From assembly GCA_963820825.1 (NCBI GenBank), contig CAWGBN010000002.1:64001-128000 (forward strand): DNA of 64,000 bases. Direction: 5' to 3'. Positions 29,056 through 39,357 of this stretch are shown piece by piece; within the stretch, counting starts at the first letter, position 1, and each line of letters opens with the position of its first letter. A program made the position numbers and the translations under genes. Origin of the DNA: Vulcanimicrobiota bacterium. Its GTDB lineage: Bacteria > Vulcanimicrobiota > Vulcanimicrobiia > Vulcanimicrobiales > Vulcanimicrobiaceae. The notes under the pieces were generated by a model that did not search any database, was not told the DNA's origin, and was given only the letters and a program-made list of their open reading frames with translations.

Positions 29056-30198
29056 TCAGTGCCGTTCCGCGAGCATATCGCCCGATTCGATGTGCAGATC
29101 CGCGTCGCGCCAGCGGACCGCGTTTCCGCCCAGCCCGCAAGCCCATACGGTTATCCCGAAGAGATCGCGTGCCGGCACGAGCCATGCCGGGGCGGGTACG
29201 ACGCCGAGCGCGCGCGCGGCGACGCGTTGCAAGGCGATGCGTGCGAGCACCGCAACGAAGAGCGCCGTTAATCGCCTCGGCCGTGGCGCGAGCAAGAGCG
29301 CTAGAAGCGCAAGCGGGACGGGGTAGGTTAGGAACATGCCGGCGTAACCAGCGGGCTGCACTCCGCGAATCGTTCGGTGCCAGCGCAACTCGTGGTTCCA
29401 AAGGGTCGCGAGACTAGAGTCCGACACCATCGTTCGTACGACGTAACCTGAGATTACGACGCGGAGGCCTTGGGCAGCGATGAAATTTCCCAGCATGAAG
29501 TCGTCAGCGAGATGCGGTGCGAGTGCCTCGAAGCCCCCGACCGAGGAGAGGACTGCTGAGCGTACCGCATTCGTCGGGCCTAGGCAGTGTCGCGGGGGGC
29601 CGAAGAGTCGATTGACGAGCACCGATGGGATAAACTGCTCGTTCATGAACATCGCCCCGAGTTTGGATGAAAACGAACCGTCAGGAACGCCGGCGAAAAG
29701 ACAGGTCACCACGCCGACGCCCGGCTTGTGTAAGGGCGCCGTAACGGCGCGGATGTACGCCGGGTTGACCCGAGTGTCGCTGTCAGCCAAGATCAACACG
29801 TTGTGGCGCACGAGCCGCATCATGGACAGCACGTTCGCGATCTTGGGGTTGCGCGAGCTGCGAACTTCACCAACGTCAATCTCGATATTCCGATCGGGGA
29901 GGTCCGCCGCCACCCGCTGCGCAATTGCCAACGCGCTATCGTCGGCGCGCGCGACGCCGAGGACGAGCTGGTAAACAGGATAGTCCTGCAACGCGAACGC
30001 CCGCAGGTTATCCTCGAGGCCGGGTTCGGCGCCATGCAAGGGCACCAGCAGACTGACGTCCGGCAGGTGGTCGCCCGGATCCGGCTCAGGTTCGCGCAGC
30101 GCGAACCGCCCAACGGATACGATCGCGACGACCGCATAACCAATCGCTGCGACCGTCGCGACATCAAAGGCCGCGGCGAGGATACGCGCAAACTTCAC
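29056..30198 (-). CDS. hpnI: HpnI/ceramide glucosyltransferase-like GT2
   Basis: PLHGAE, NPKIAN, ADSD, HLADDF, HELRW.RTIR; GTG at 30198. Confidence 0.8.
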   Translation of the reverse strand: MKFARILAAAFDVATVAAIGYAVVAIVSVGRFALREPEPDPGDHLPDVSLLVPLHGAEPGLEDNLRAFALQDYPVYQLVLGVARADDSALAIAQRVAADLPDRNIEIDVGEVRSSRNPKIANVLSMMRLVRHNVLILADSDTRVNPAYIRAVTAPLHKPGVGVVTCLFAGVPDGSFSSKLGAMFMNEQFIPSVLVNRLFGPPRHCLGPTNAVRSAVLSSVGGFEALAPHLADDFMLGNFIAAQGLRVVISGYVVRTMVSDSSLATLWNHELRWHRTIRGVQPAGYAGMFLTYPVPLALLALLLAPRPRRLTALFVAVLARIALQRVAARALGVVPAPAWLVPARDLFGITVWACGLGGNAVRWRDADLHIESGDMLAERH

Positions 30199-30253
30199 GC
30201 GACGCGGTTCGCTAACCGAGAAGGCGGCCCTTGCTTCTGTATGGGAAGAGATC

Positions 30254-31465
30254 TTGACCGAGATGAACGGGGATGGAACGATTTCGACGCGCGACCACGT
30301 AGCGATCAACGCGCTGTGGGTAGGCGTGCACTTCCAAGACGCGGCGTTGATGTCGATCATCGTGCCGGCGCTGTTGCTGCAGCTGGCCCCGGGCAACCAC
30401 ACCTACGTCCTGGCGGTACTCTCGACGCTCGTCGCAATCGGGACCGCAATCGTGCCTCCGTTGGCGGGTGCGCACTCCGACCGCCTTCGCCGGCGCGGCG
30501 GGGACCGGCGCCGCCAGACGGCGATCGTGCTCGCGATCGACGCCCTCGCGCTCGTCGCGATGGCCTATGCCTCGTCGGTTGTTAACCTGGGCGCTGCCAC
30601 CGTCGTCGCTACTGTCGCATTGATGAGCGGCTCGGTCGTCTATCAGGTGCTCGTGCCGGAGATCGTTCCGCGCAGGTTTTGGGGAACCGCGGCCGGCCAT
30701 CGCGGAGCAATGACGCTGGTCGGAACCATCATCGGCCTCATGCTGGGCGCGCTATTGCCCCCGCGCGAGGCGCTTTTGGCCGCGGCAGGGGGCGTTGTCG
30801 TCAGCGCGTTGACGCTGGTGTTCGTCCCAGCATCTCCGGCGTTCGTAGCGACGGAGCGCCACGAGGGCGCGCACGTCCGCGATCGCCACGATCTCATCGT
30901 CACGCTGATCGCCCGCGCCTGGATCATCATGGGAATGACCTTGCTCAATACCTACGTGCTGTACTTCTTTCACGACGTGCTACGCATCCGCAACGCGTCG
31001 TTGAACACGGGGCTCGTCGCCGGGGCTGCGATGGGTGGGGCAGTCGTGTCCAGTGTCGCGGCCGGAATCCTCTCCGATAAATTCGACCGCCGGCTGGTCG
31101 TTTGTTTCTCGGGGCTGCCGATGACGCTGGCCGCGGTCGGCTTCGCCGTTTATCCGGATTTGCACGTGATCTTCGTGTATGCTGCGCTGTTTGGCCTCGG
31201 TTACGGCGGCGTGTTCGCGGTCGGCTGGGCGCTCGCCATGGACTCGGTTCCCGAACTGGGCGACGTCGCGCGCGACCTCGGCATTTGGGGAACGCTCTCC
31301 AATCTCCCCATGGTCATCGCGCCGGCGATCGGCGCCGCGATCATCACCGGCGGGGCTAACCTGAGCGACGGCTACCGCTGGCTCTTCGCCTGCGCCGGCG
31401 CATGCTTTCTGGTTGGCTCCCTGACCGTGCTTGCGGTGCGCAAGCCGAATGCAGCGTCCCGATGA
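30254..31465 (+). CDS. MFS transporter
   Basis: About 12 TM helices; GAHSDRLRRR and GILSDKFDRR loop motifs. Confidence 0.88.
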   Translation: MTEMNGDGTISTRDHVAINALWVGVHFQDAALMSIIVPALLLQLAPGNHTYVLAVLSTLVAIGTAIVPPLAGAHSDRLRRRGGDRRRQTAIVLAIDALALVAMAYASSVVNLGAATVVATVALMSGSVVYQVLVPEIVPRRFWGTAAGHRGAMTLVGTIIGLMLGALLPPREALLAAAGGVVVSALTLVFVPASPAFVATERHEGAHVRDRHDLIVTLIARAWIIMGMTLLNTYVLYFFHDVLRIRNASLNTGLVAGAAMGGAVVSSVAAGILSDKFDRRLVVCFSGLPMTLAAVGFAVYPDLHVIFVYAALFGLGYGGVFAVGWALAMDSVPELGDVARDLGIWGTLSNLPMVIAPAIGAAIITGGANLSDGYRWLFACAGACFLVGSLTVLAVRKPNAASR

Positions 31466-32622
31466 AGCCCAACTGGACGATTACGGCAGTCACCTACGGC
31501 ATTCGCCAGACCTATCTTTTCTTCAAGATTCGCGTCCGCCAATGGGGTCATTTGCCGGCAAAACGTGGGGCAACGGTGCTGATCACAAATCACCAGCACA
31601 TAGACGAAGGCGAAATGGTCACGGCGCGCACGTTTCTTCGGCACCCGTGGAAGCCGCTGTCCATGTGCAATTCCCGCCGCACCTTCGAGACGGGATTTAT
31701 CGCGGCGGAATTGCCTTGGACCGCGTGGTTTACGCGCGGCGTCAATCTGAGCGGACTATGGGGGGCCTACGGCATCCTGCCTATCGAGAACCACCTCTTC
31801 TCGCGGCCTCTCATCAGCGTGGCGGAAGAGTTGCGCGCTGCACATGGCGATCTTCCGCTCGAAGCAATCTTCCCGACCGAAACGCTTGAGCCATTAGATC
31901 TCGAAGGGCGCGTTCTGAGCGACCTATGGAAGGCTGCCAACTTCATGCGGGCTCGCGCTTGGGTGAGAGTGGCGAAGCTCAAGCAACCTTACCGGCGCGA
32001 AGTGCTCGAGAACCTCCGCGTCGTAACCGAACGCGACGTCGCTGCGATCGTTGAACGCGTGCGGTCCGGTTCGACGTTCTACATCACGCCCGAAGGGGAT
32101 TTCAGTCGCGATGGTCGCATGCATCCGATGCGTGGCGGAATCGTCGACGCCCTGGCGCCCTTTGCCGACCTCTGGCTCTGCGCGATCTCGTACGACCCTT
32201 TCCGGGGCAAGCGGCTTTCGATGCTCTACCGGGTACTTCGACACCCCGGTACCACCGATATAGGAACGGCGCTGGCTGGGGCTCGGCCCATCACGACCTC
32301 GGCACTCCTGGCCGCGTTTCTACTCGAGGACCGCGAGACGTTCGGGGTTCACGATGCCGTGCACGCGGTTCGTCAGCGGCTCGGTTCGCTGCCCGGCAAC
32401 GTCTTCGTCGATCCCGAGTTGCAGCGCGCTCCCGACACTGCGGTCGTCAACGCACTTGCGACGCTGCGAAAGCGCGGCACGCTAGCCGTTGACAATGAAC
32501 GCTACCGCCTTACCGCACGCCGAAGCGACGCAAGGTTCCCGCACATCCCCGATATGGTCGTATTTCAACGCAACATGCTCGACGAAACGCTCGCGTCGGC
32601 CTTGCGGCTCGGGCCAGAGTAA
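31462..32622 (+). CDS. PlsC-like glycerolipid acyltransferase
   Basis: NHQHIDE (HxxxxD-like) and ITPEG motifs; ATGA coupling to MFS. Confidence 0.75.
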   Translation: MKPNWTITAVTYGIRQTYLFFKIRVRQWGHLPAKRGATVLITNHQHIDEGEMVTARTFLRHPWKPLSMCNSRRTFETGFIAAELPWTAWFTRGVNLSGLWGAYGILPIENHLFSRPLISVAEELRAAHGDLPLEAIFPTETLEPLDLEGRVLSDLWKAANFMRARAWVRVAKLKQPYRREVLENLRVVTERDVAAIVERVRSGSTFYITPEGDFSRDGRMHPMRGGIVDALAPFADLWLCAISYDPFRGKRLSMLYRVLRHPGTTDIGTALAGARPITTSALLAAFLLEDRETFGVHDAVHAVRQRLGSLPGNVFVDPELQRAPDTAVVNALATLRKRGTLAVDNERYRLTARRSDARFPHIPDMVVFQRNMLDETLASALRLGPE

Positions 32623-32871
32623 CGCGCGTTCTCAGGAGGCCGTCGCTTCGACCCGGCGTTCGTTGGATACCAGAACGAGGTCACCTCGCGCTTTGCCTGG
32701 GTACCGCGCGCGCGCGCCGCCCTCGAAGCCATCGAAAGAGGGTGGGCTCAGGAACAGGGTCTTCAAGAACAACTTCCTTCTGCGGCTCAAAGTCGCAACG
32801 GTTACAATGGCGCTATCCCTGCTCGAGGCGGGGTGAGCCGGCGATTATCGCGGAAGTAAATTCGTTAAACT

Positions 32872-34392
32872 ATGCAACCGCCCCGCGTCCGGCGTCTGCC
32901 CCTTGCAGCGGCGCTCGTTACCCTGGCAGTCCATCTCGCCGGCAATCCGCATTACGGCTTCTTCCGTGACGAGCTCTACTTTATCATCTGCGGCTTTCAT
33001 CCGGCGTGGGGATACGTCGACCAGCCACCGGTCGCGCCGCTTCTGGCGGCGGGCTCGCAGCTCTTCGGCCACTCGCTCTTTCTCTTGCGCCTGGTTTGCG
33101 CGGTGTTTGCCGCGGCATCGGTCTACACCACCTGTTTGTTGGCCGCCGAACTCGGCGGTGGTGCGTTTGCGCAGTTCTTCGCCGCACTGATTGCAGTGCT
33201 CACTCCGGTCCTCATGGATTTCGGAACGAAGCTGACGACCGACGTCGTCGGATTGTGGCTGTGGCCGCTAGCGGCGCTCTACGTGCTGCGCATCGTCAAG
33301 GGAGCCGACCCGCGGTGGTGGCTGGTCGTCGGCACGATCGTGGGTATCTGCCTAGAGAGCAAATATACCGTCATCTTCTTCGCCATCGGCATCGTCTTTG
33401 GTCTGCTCGTGCTTCCGCAACGGCGCGTTCTCTTTACGGCCTGGTTCGCGGGCGGCGCTCTCGTTGCGGCGCTCATCGCAGTGCCGAACTTCCTGTGGCA
33501 AGCCGCTCACGGCTTTCCAATGTGGTCACTGTTGCGCGCTGCCGAGCAGTATAAAGACGTCTCGCTCACGCCGCTGCAGTTCCTCGCTACTCAGCTGCTG
33601 ATCACATATCCGCTGCTCGCGCCGGTTTGGCTGATCGGCTTGGCAACGCTGCTGCGCCGCGCGGACCACCGATTTCTGGGCATCGCGTATCTCGCATTGA
33701 TCGTCCAGATGATCGTTCTGCACGCAAAGCATTACTATGCCGGCGACGTCTACCCGATACCAATTGCCGCAGGTGCGGTCACAATCGAAGCGTGGACGGC
33801 GCGCGCAACCGCTTGGCGCCCCTTGCTTGCGCTCTACGCGCTGATTGCCGGCATTGCGCTCGTTCCGTTGCTGATGCCGGTTCTGCCGGAACGCGTGATG
33901 TCCACATACGACCGCACGCTTCAAACTATGCTCGCGCAAGAAGTGGATCTGGCGGTCACCGAACACACGCAGATCGGCACTTTGCCTCCCGATTGGGCCG
34001 ACATGCACGGCTGGCCGGAACTGGCGCAGACCGTCGCTCGCGTCTACGACTCACTGCCCCCCGCCGAGCGCGCTCAGACCGCGATCCTTGCAAGCAATTA
34101 CGGCGAGGCCGCCGCGCTTGATTTTTTTGGGCCGCCGTACGGCCTACCGCCGGCACTTTCGGGCCACAATCAGTATTGGGTCTGGGGTCCCCGCGGCTAC
34201 AGCGGCAACGTGCTGATCGACGTTCATGGAGACTGCGAAAATAAAGCGCACCTCTTTCGAACGCATCGCGTCGTCGCCCGGTTCGCCAATCAGTGGGGGC
34301 GACCGTTTGAACAGGGCCTTCCGATCTCGCTCTGCCGCGGAATCACCATGCCGCTGAGCGTCTATTGGCCGCAGCTTCGCAGGTTTATCTGA
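32872..34392 (+). CDS. GT39/ArnT-like membrane glycosyltransferase
   Basis: RDELYF..H.AWGYVDQPP, SKYT, NYGEAAAL, SGHNQYW.WGP. Confidence 0.9.
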   Translation: MQPPRVRRLPLAAALVTLAVHLAGNPHYGFFRDELYFIICGFHPAWGYVDQPPVAPLLAAGSQLFGHSLFLLRLVCAVFAAASVYTTCLLAAELGGGAFAQFFAALIAVLTPVLMDFGTKLTTDVVGLWLWPLAALYVLRIVKGADPRWWLVVGTIVGICLESKYTVIFFAIGIVFGLLVLPQRRVLFTAWFAGGALVAALIAVPNFLWQAAHGFPMWSLLRAAEQYKDVSLTPLQFLATQLLITYPLLAPVWLIGLATLLRRADHRFLGIAYLALIVQMIVLHAKHYYAGDVYPIPIAAGAVTIEAWTARATAWRPLLALYALIAGIALVPLLMPVLPERVMSTYDRTLQTMLAQEVDLAVTEHTQIGTLPPDWADMHGWPELAQTVARVYDSLPPAERAQTAILASNYGEAAALDFFGPPYGLPPALSGHNQYWVWGPRGYSGNVLIDVHGDCENKAHLFRTHRVVARFANQWGRPFEQGLPISLCRGITMPLSVYWPQLRRFI

Positions 34393-34411
34393 GGGCCGAC
34401 GCGCCTGGCGG

Positions 34412-34834
34412 TCAGCTCTTCGGCAGCGGAAGTCGGAGCTCGCACACCGACATTCTCCCCGGAACAGTGGTCCGCCACTGACCGTTCCAAACGCCTCCGT
34501 TCGCCTTCGCGACCTCGGGGCATTTCTTCCCGGCGTCCGACTGACTCCAAATCGGACCCGCTTCTACCGCCTCGACAACATACTTGTCCTTCGACGAGCG
34601 TAAGCGAATCTCGCAGACCGACATCTTGCCCGGCACCGTGGTCCGCCACTGACCATTCCAAACACCGCCGCTCGCATCTGCAACCTGCGGGCATTTTTTC
34701 TCCGCGTCCGCTTGACTCCAGATCGGACCCGCTTCGACGTTGACCGTCCTTGCTCGCGCGGAGACGGCTACGGGAGCCGTCGTGCTAACCAGCGCCGCGA
34801 CCACACTAAAACATGCCGAAACGAGAAGTTTCAT
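34412..34834 (-). CDS. Secreted mannan-binding lectin (MVL-like, two domains)
   Basis: Signal peptide; two AGPIWSQ.DA.KKCP.VA...WNGQWRTTVPG.MSVCE repeats. Confidence 0.9.
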   Translation of the reverse strand: MKLLVSACFSVVAALVSTTAPVAVSARARTVNVEAGPIWSQADAEKKCPQVADASGGVWNGQWRTTVPGKMSVCEIRLRSSKDKYVVEAVEAGPIWSQSDAGKKCPEVAKANGGVWNGQWRTTVPGRMSVCELRLPLPKS

Positions 34835-34864
34835 ACGGTTTGCCTCGCTAAGTCTGATCTGCGT

Positions 34865-35992
34865 TTACAGGCTGACCCTGCCGATGCGCGAAGTGCCGGC
34901 CTGCATATTGTCCTCGTTGAACCACAACGTGCGCTTCTGTCCTCGAATGAGCGTGTACGAAGTCGAGTTGCCGTCGGGCAGATTGAAGGAGGCCATCGCG
35001 CCTTTCGGAGTCATTCGCAGCAGCGTCACGCCGCAATCGACCCAGAGGTTACCGTCGGCGCCCGCCGCGATCGCTGTAGGAGCGCTGCAGTTGGGCGTCG
35101 CGATGGTCTTGACCCCGCCGGACGGCGTGACCCGCGCGACGGACCCGGCGTTTTCCTCGGTCACCCACATGTTGCCGTCGGGGCCAGCCGCGATGCCGCC
35201 TAGGGCGATGTTCGCGCTCGAGAGCGGATACATCGTGATCGAACCCGAGGACGTCGATTTCCCCACGTACTTTGCCTCGGACGCGAACCAGATGTTGCCG
35301 TCCGGTCCACGCGCGATCCCGATCGGGATGTAGGCGTTGCTCCCCTCGTACGGCACCGGGTAGGACGTCAGCGCGCCGGTCGAAGGATTGAGTTTAGCGA
35401 GATACCCGCCACTCGAAGCGAAGATGCCGAGCCACACCTGACTCGGGCTCGTTGCGGCCACGCTGTAGAAGCCAAGACTGCCGGATGGTGCGCCGCTGGG
35501 CGTCACGACCGTGACGTGTCCGTTCTTCCCGATGCGGCCGAGTTGCAGTGAGCTTCCCGAAATGACGGGAAACCACAGCGGCACGAACCGCTTGGCGTTG
35601 CACGGGCTCGACTTCATCTTGTCTCGACCGCAGCCGGCCATCGTCGTGACACGACCGATCGAACCGGGGTAGCGGAATTCCTTGACTTTGCCGCGCGGCG
35701 TGATGCGCCCAAGCCCGGCGCTCTGTCCTCCGTTGATTTGCGAGACGAACCAGATGCCGTTCGTTGCGGGCGCCATCGCGACGATCAGTTGAGACCTAGG
35801 AACGGCGAAATCCCGCAGAACGGGGCTGCGATCCCCGACTCGCGCATTGGCATGGGTGCGCGCCGTCGATTCGAAGGCGGGGAGACCGTTGGGCGGCGCG
35901 AGGCCGACACTCTGACCGCCGTTGCAGGCGCTCAGAGCGAGGAAGATCAGAGTGGGCGCCAACGGAGAAGAGCGCGGCATCACTAGTCGCAT
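34865..35992 (-). CDS. Vgb-like beta-propeller lipoprotein
   Basis: Lipobox LSAC; GI..GPDGN.WF repeats; AGGAGG RBS before ATG 35992. Confidence 0.85.
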   Translation of the reverse strand: MRLVMPRSSPLAPTLIFLALSACNGGQSVGLAPPNGLPAFESTARTHANARVGDRSPVLRDFAVPRSQLIVAMAPATNGIWFVSQINGGQSAGLGRITPRGKVKEFRYPGSIGRVTTMAGCGRDKMKSSPCNAKRFVPLWFPVISGSSLQLGRIGKNGHVTVVTPSGAPSGSLGFYSVAATSPSQVWLGIFASSGGYLAKLNPSTGALTSYPVPYEGSNAYIPIGIARGPDGNIWFASEAKYVGKSTSSGSITMYPLSSANIALGGIAAGPDGNMWVTEENAGSVARVTPSGGVKTIATPNCSAPTAIAAGADGNLWVDCGVTLLRMTPKGAMASFNLPDGNSTSYTLIRGQKRTLWFNEDNMQAGTSRIGRVSL

Positions 35993-36400
35993 GCGTCGGA
36001 CCTCCTTAACCGGCATTCGCCGGACGAGAAGCATTTGGCCGACGGTTTGCCGTCTTCCCGTATGCCGTGCGGAGATCGGCGAGGAGAACGGTTGCGGGAT
36101 CGCCGCGCAAGCTCGATTAGCAGCTTCTTGTTCTAACCGTTTTTCACCCGAAACTTTGCCCACGGCGTCGCCTTTAACGAAACCTCGCAGATCACTGCCG
36201 ACTGGAGCGCGCTTGGAAGCCCGGGGCATCAGTTGCTCGAGGTTGCGGGCGGTGTCGGCTATAACGTGGTGAGACCGCTTGGCGGCCCGACCTGGTTCGT
36301 TCGAATTCAGTTGAGGCTGCTCTACCGCGACGCGAAGTCCCCGTGACGCCCATGCGGCCACGGCGGCAGAGCGATCTGCCTGCCGCCCTGCAACAATAGC

Positions 36401-36892
36401 CTACGAAGAGCGCGTGCAGGTTCCCTTAAAGTTCGGTTTCGTAGACGTCACCGTCGGATAGCTCATGAAAGCGAAGCTGTTCTGGTTGGTACGCACCGTT
36501 TGACCGTGGCCGAGCTTACCGGAGTTCGCCTGATCCGTCCAATGCTCGGTATTTCCCGTCCATGGTTTCGCGAATGAGACCGACCAGCCCGCCAAGTTGT
36601 CGATCTGAGTTTCGGCGTAGCGACCGTTCTTCGCGTCGTATGACGTAGCAATGTTAATCACGTAGGGCTTCGTCATCTTGCCCTGGGCCGGCACGACGAC
36701 CCACTCGCGCATAAGCCCGGAATCCATCGTGAACGTTGCGGTCGCCTTGACGGAGGGTTGTCCGACATTCCCCGCCACGCAGGACCACGTGCCGACGTAA
36801 TACTGCATCGCGGCCATGCCCGCGGGCGGCTGCGCCGCGGCTGGTGCGGCAACGCCGATGGCTAGGAAAAATGCGGTGAGAATCGTTTTCAA
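36401..36892 (-). CDS. Secreted DUF1579-like beta-barrel protein
   Basis: Signal peptide; YYVGTWSC, YDAKNGRY, WTGNT; paralog of 57514-58080. Confidence 0.7.
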   Translation of the reverse strand: MKTILTAFFLAIGVAAPAAAQPPAGMAAMQYYVGTWSCVAGNVGQPSVKATATFTMDSGLMREWVVVPAQGKMTKPYVINIATSYDAKNGRYAETQIDNLAGWSVSFAKPWTGNTEHWTDQANSGKLGHGQTVRTNQNSFAFMSYPTVTSTKPNFKGTCTRSS

Positions 36893-36993
36893 GGAATTCC
36901 TACCTTTCGATCGGGCCGCGATGGCCCGCAGCTTGTCCAGTTAGCTTGCGGTCGGTACAAATCCTTACAAACTGGGTTATCGCCGACGAAGGG

Positions 36994-37857
36994 TCATTGC
37001 CGCTCGACCTCGGCTCGTTCGAGCGCGAGGCCGACGGCGATGTAGTCTTCGTTGCCGACGCCCATCCCGACGGCTCGTTCGAACTCCTCGAATGCGCACT
37101 CCAGCAACGGCGCGCTGACGTGCATCTCTTGCCGAGATGCTCGGGCGAGACGAAGATCCTTGAGCAGCGCGTTTGCCGAAAAGCGCGGTCGCGTATCGTG
37201 TTCGTGCAACTGCTGACCCTTGGTAGCGACTCGCCCGAGGGCTTGAACGAGCGAATCGATGGCAAGGGTACGATCGACGCCGGCCCGACGCATGATGGCG
37301 AGTAGCTCGCCGATTGCATCGGCATTTACGCAGAGCATCGAGTTATACGCAAGTTTGACGTGACCGCTGGCCGACGGAGAACCGGTAAACTTGATCGTAG
37401 AGCCCATCGCGCTCAGGAGCTCGCGGCCGCGATCGAATGCCCGGCTCGCGCCTCCCGGTAAGAGCGTCAGCGTGCCGGTGCGCGCGCCGTCGACGCTGCC
37501 GAGGACCGGACACGCGAGAAAATCCACGTCTCGCTGCACTGCCGCCTCCGCGAGCCTCTCGTACATCTGCGGCGAAAGCGTGGTGGATTCGATGACGAGT
37601 TGTTCCTTGCGCGCGGCCGGAATGATCCGGCCCAGCGAAATCTCTCGCGCGACCTCGTCGTCCCAGAGCATTGCGATCACCGCATCGACGCCGCCGACCA
37701 TGGATTCGAGGCTATCGAACGGCGTCGCGCCGGCGGACACCGACGATTCCATCATCGCAGGATCGATGTTCCATGCGGAGATCCGATAGCCGCGATCGAG
37801 CAGATTGCACGCAATTGCGGTTCCCATCTTCCCGGTGCCCGCAATTCCAACGTGCAT
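36994..37857 (-). CDS. NAD(P)-dependent oxidoreductase (3-hydroxyisobutyrate dehydrogenase family)
   Basis: GIAGTGKMG, PVLGS, KLAYN, KDLRLA. Confidence 0.9.
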   Translation of the reverse strand: MHVGIAGTGKMGTAIACNLLDRGYRISAWNIDPAMMESSVSAGATPFDSLESMVGGVDAVIAMLWDDEVAREISLGRIIPAARKEQLVIESTTLSPQMYERLAEAAVQRDVDFLACPVLGSVDGARTGTLTLLPGGASRAFDRGRELLSAMGSTIKFTGSPSASGHVKLAYNSMLCVNADAIGELLAIMRRAGVDRTLAIDSLVQALGRVATKGQQLHEHDTRPRFSANALLKDLRLARASRQEMHVSAPLLECAFEEFERAVGMGVGNEDYIAVGLALERAEVERQ

Positions 37858-37872
37858 CGTCGACCGGTCTCC

Positions 37873-38649
37873 TTACAAGCCCGGGATCGTGCCGGGAGCC
37901 AAGAGTCCGATGACGGCAAGCGCACCGAGGGCCGCGCCGACCGGCGCGACGATTCGGTTACCCCCGGGGGTCGCCTTCTCGACGAACATTATCGTTGCAA
38001 GCACGCCCATCCACGCCAAGTGCGCGACGCCTGCGGCAAACATCACCAGCATCAGCGCCCAACAGCACCCGACGCAGTAGAGCGCGTGACCGAAGCCAAG
38101 GCGCAACCCGTTGAACGCGCCGCGCCGGTAATGACGCATCAGATACATGCCGGGATGGCGACACGCCTTCAGACAAGCATCCTTGAGCGGCGTGAACTGA
38201 TAGAGGGCGGCGAGCCCAAGCGTTCCAGCCGGGATCAGGGTTGCGTGCGCCGCGAGCCAGGGCCATGTATCGACGATTCGGTGCAGTTGCACGTCGCCGG
38301 TAAACGCAGCCAGCGCAAATGCCGTCCAAACCGCGAAGTAGCCTCCGAGGAACAGGATCAGTGCAAGCTGGAAGCCGGGCGCGCGCCCTGCGGTCGCCGC
38401 GTAGAGCCGTATGAATCCGAGCGAGGAGGGGAGCATCATTGCCGCGGTCATGAACTGCCACGCGGCGAGCACGAGCAGCGCGGCGAACCAATACGGCCGC
38501 CCACTTGCATAGAGCGCGTCGTGGTGCAGTTGCGCGGCGTTGCCGCTGCGCTCCGCCCAGACGCAGACGGCCCAGGCGAACGCGATCGCGCCGCCGAGAA
38601 CGTAGAGCGTATTGAAGCGCGCGGATCGATGCGCGGCGTTCGCCACCAT
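37873..38649 (-). CDS. DUF2182 metal-binding integral membrane protein
   Basis: AMMLPS, YQFTPLK.ACL..CR.P, CVGCCWALM, EK. Confidence 0.9.
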   Translation of the reverse strand: MVANAAHRSARFNTLYVLGGAIAFAWAVCVWAERSGNAAQLHHDALYASGRPYWFAALLVLAAWQFMTAAMMLPSSLGFIRLYAATAGRAPGFQLALILFLGGYFAVWTAFALAAFTGDVQLHRIVDTWPWLAAHATLIPAGTLGLAALYQFTPLKDACLKACRHPGMYLMRHYRRGAFNGLRLGFGHALYCVGCCWALMLVMFAAGVAHLAWMGVLATIMFVEKATPGGNRIVAPVGAALGALAVIGLLAPGTIPGL

Positions 38650-38653
38650 GACG

Positions 38654-39295
38654 TTACGCCTCTAGCAGAAAGTCGCCCTGGATCGCGTTGCGATCCTTAA
38701 ACGTCCAAACCATTCCGTGTTCGGGAATGTTCACGACGTGCTCGGAGGCCTTGGCGATATATGCCGGAGCGCCGGGTATCGTACTGAAGATGGTGTCGCG
38801 CAGCGTCGTGATCGCTCCGTACGCGCTGCGGTACGGTGCCATGGTCGCACGAATCTTGTCGCCGACCACTAGCGTGCCCTCACCACCCTTGAGGTTGTGC
38901 TCGATCGCCGCGGTCTCGATCGCGACGTCTTCACCGACCAAACCATTGAGGTCCGCAAGCGGGCCGCCCAAGCGGCCGTGCCAGGCATCGAGAATTGCGG
39001 CTCGCTGCTCCTCCGTCGCTCGCGCATCCACGTAGCTTATGCGCTTCCAGCTCTTCGGCGTAAGAACGTTGCCCGGAATCTTGACGACCTCTACGTAGGT
39101 CAATCCGGTTACGTCGACTCCATTGATCTCGCCTTTCTCGATGTTATAGGCAAGAAACGAGTCGCAGGCGCCGCCGTCGGGATCTTCGCCGATCCAACAA
39201 CGGCAGAGCGTTCGGCACGAGCAGGCCTCGAGCAGCGTGCCCTGCAGCGTATAGGCCTTTGCCGAGGCTTTAGGAGTCGGTTGAGTCTGAGTCAT
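38654..39295 (-). CDS. DUF1326 domain protein
   Basis: G.LLEACSC..LCRCW.G..PD.G.C; paired with DUF2182. Confidence 0.88.
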   Translation of the reverse strand: MTQTQPTPKASAKAYTLQGTLLEACSCRTLCRCWIGEDPDGGACDSFLAYNIEKGEINGVDVTGLTYVEVVKIPGNVLTPKSWKRISYVDARATEEQRAAILDAWHGRLGGPLADLNGLVGEDVAIETAAIEHNLKGGEGTLVVGDKIRATMAPYRSAYGAITTLRDTIFSTIPGAPAYIAKASEHVVNIPEHGMVWTFKDRNAIQGDFLLEA

Positions 39296-39357
39296 CGTTT
39301 CGTCCCTCCTCGGCGGACACGCTTCCACGGGTCAGCTCCGTTGCCCCGGTCGCGTGG

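Noticed and set aside
34865..35992. Virginiamycin B lyase resistance gene
   Set aside because: A lipoprotein sharing only the propeller repeat; no evidence for the lyase function.
35993..36400. Long leader upstream of the Vgb lipoprotein as a possible c-di-GMP riboswitch
   Set aside because: GGCAAA is present on the minus strand but the remaining consensus and stems could not be matched by eye; an Infernal search is needed.
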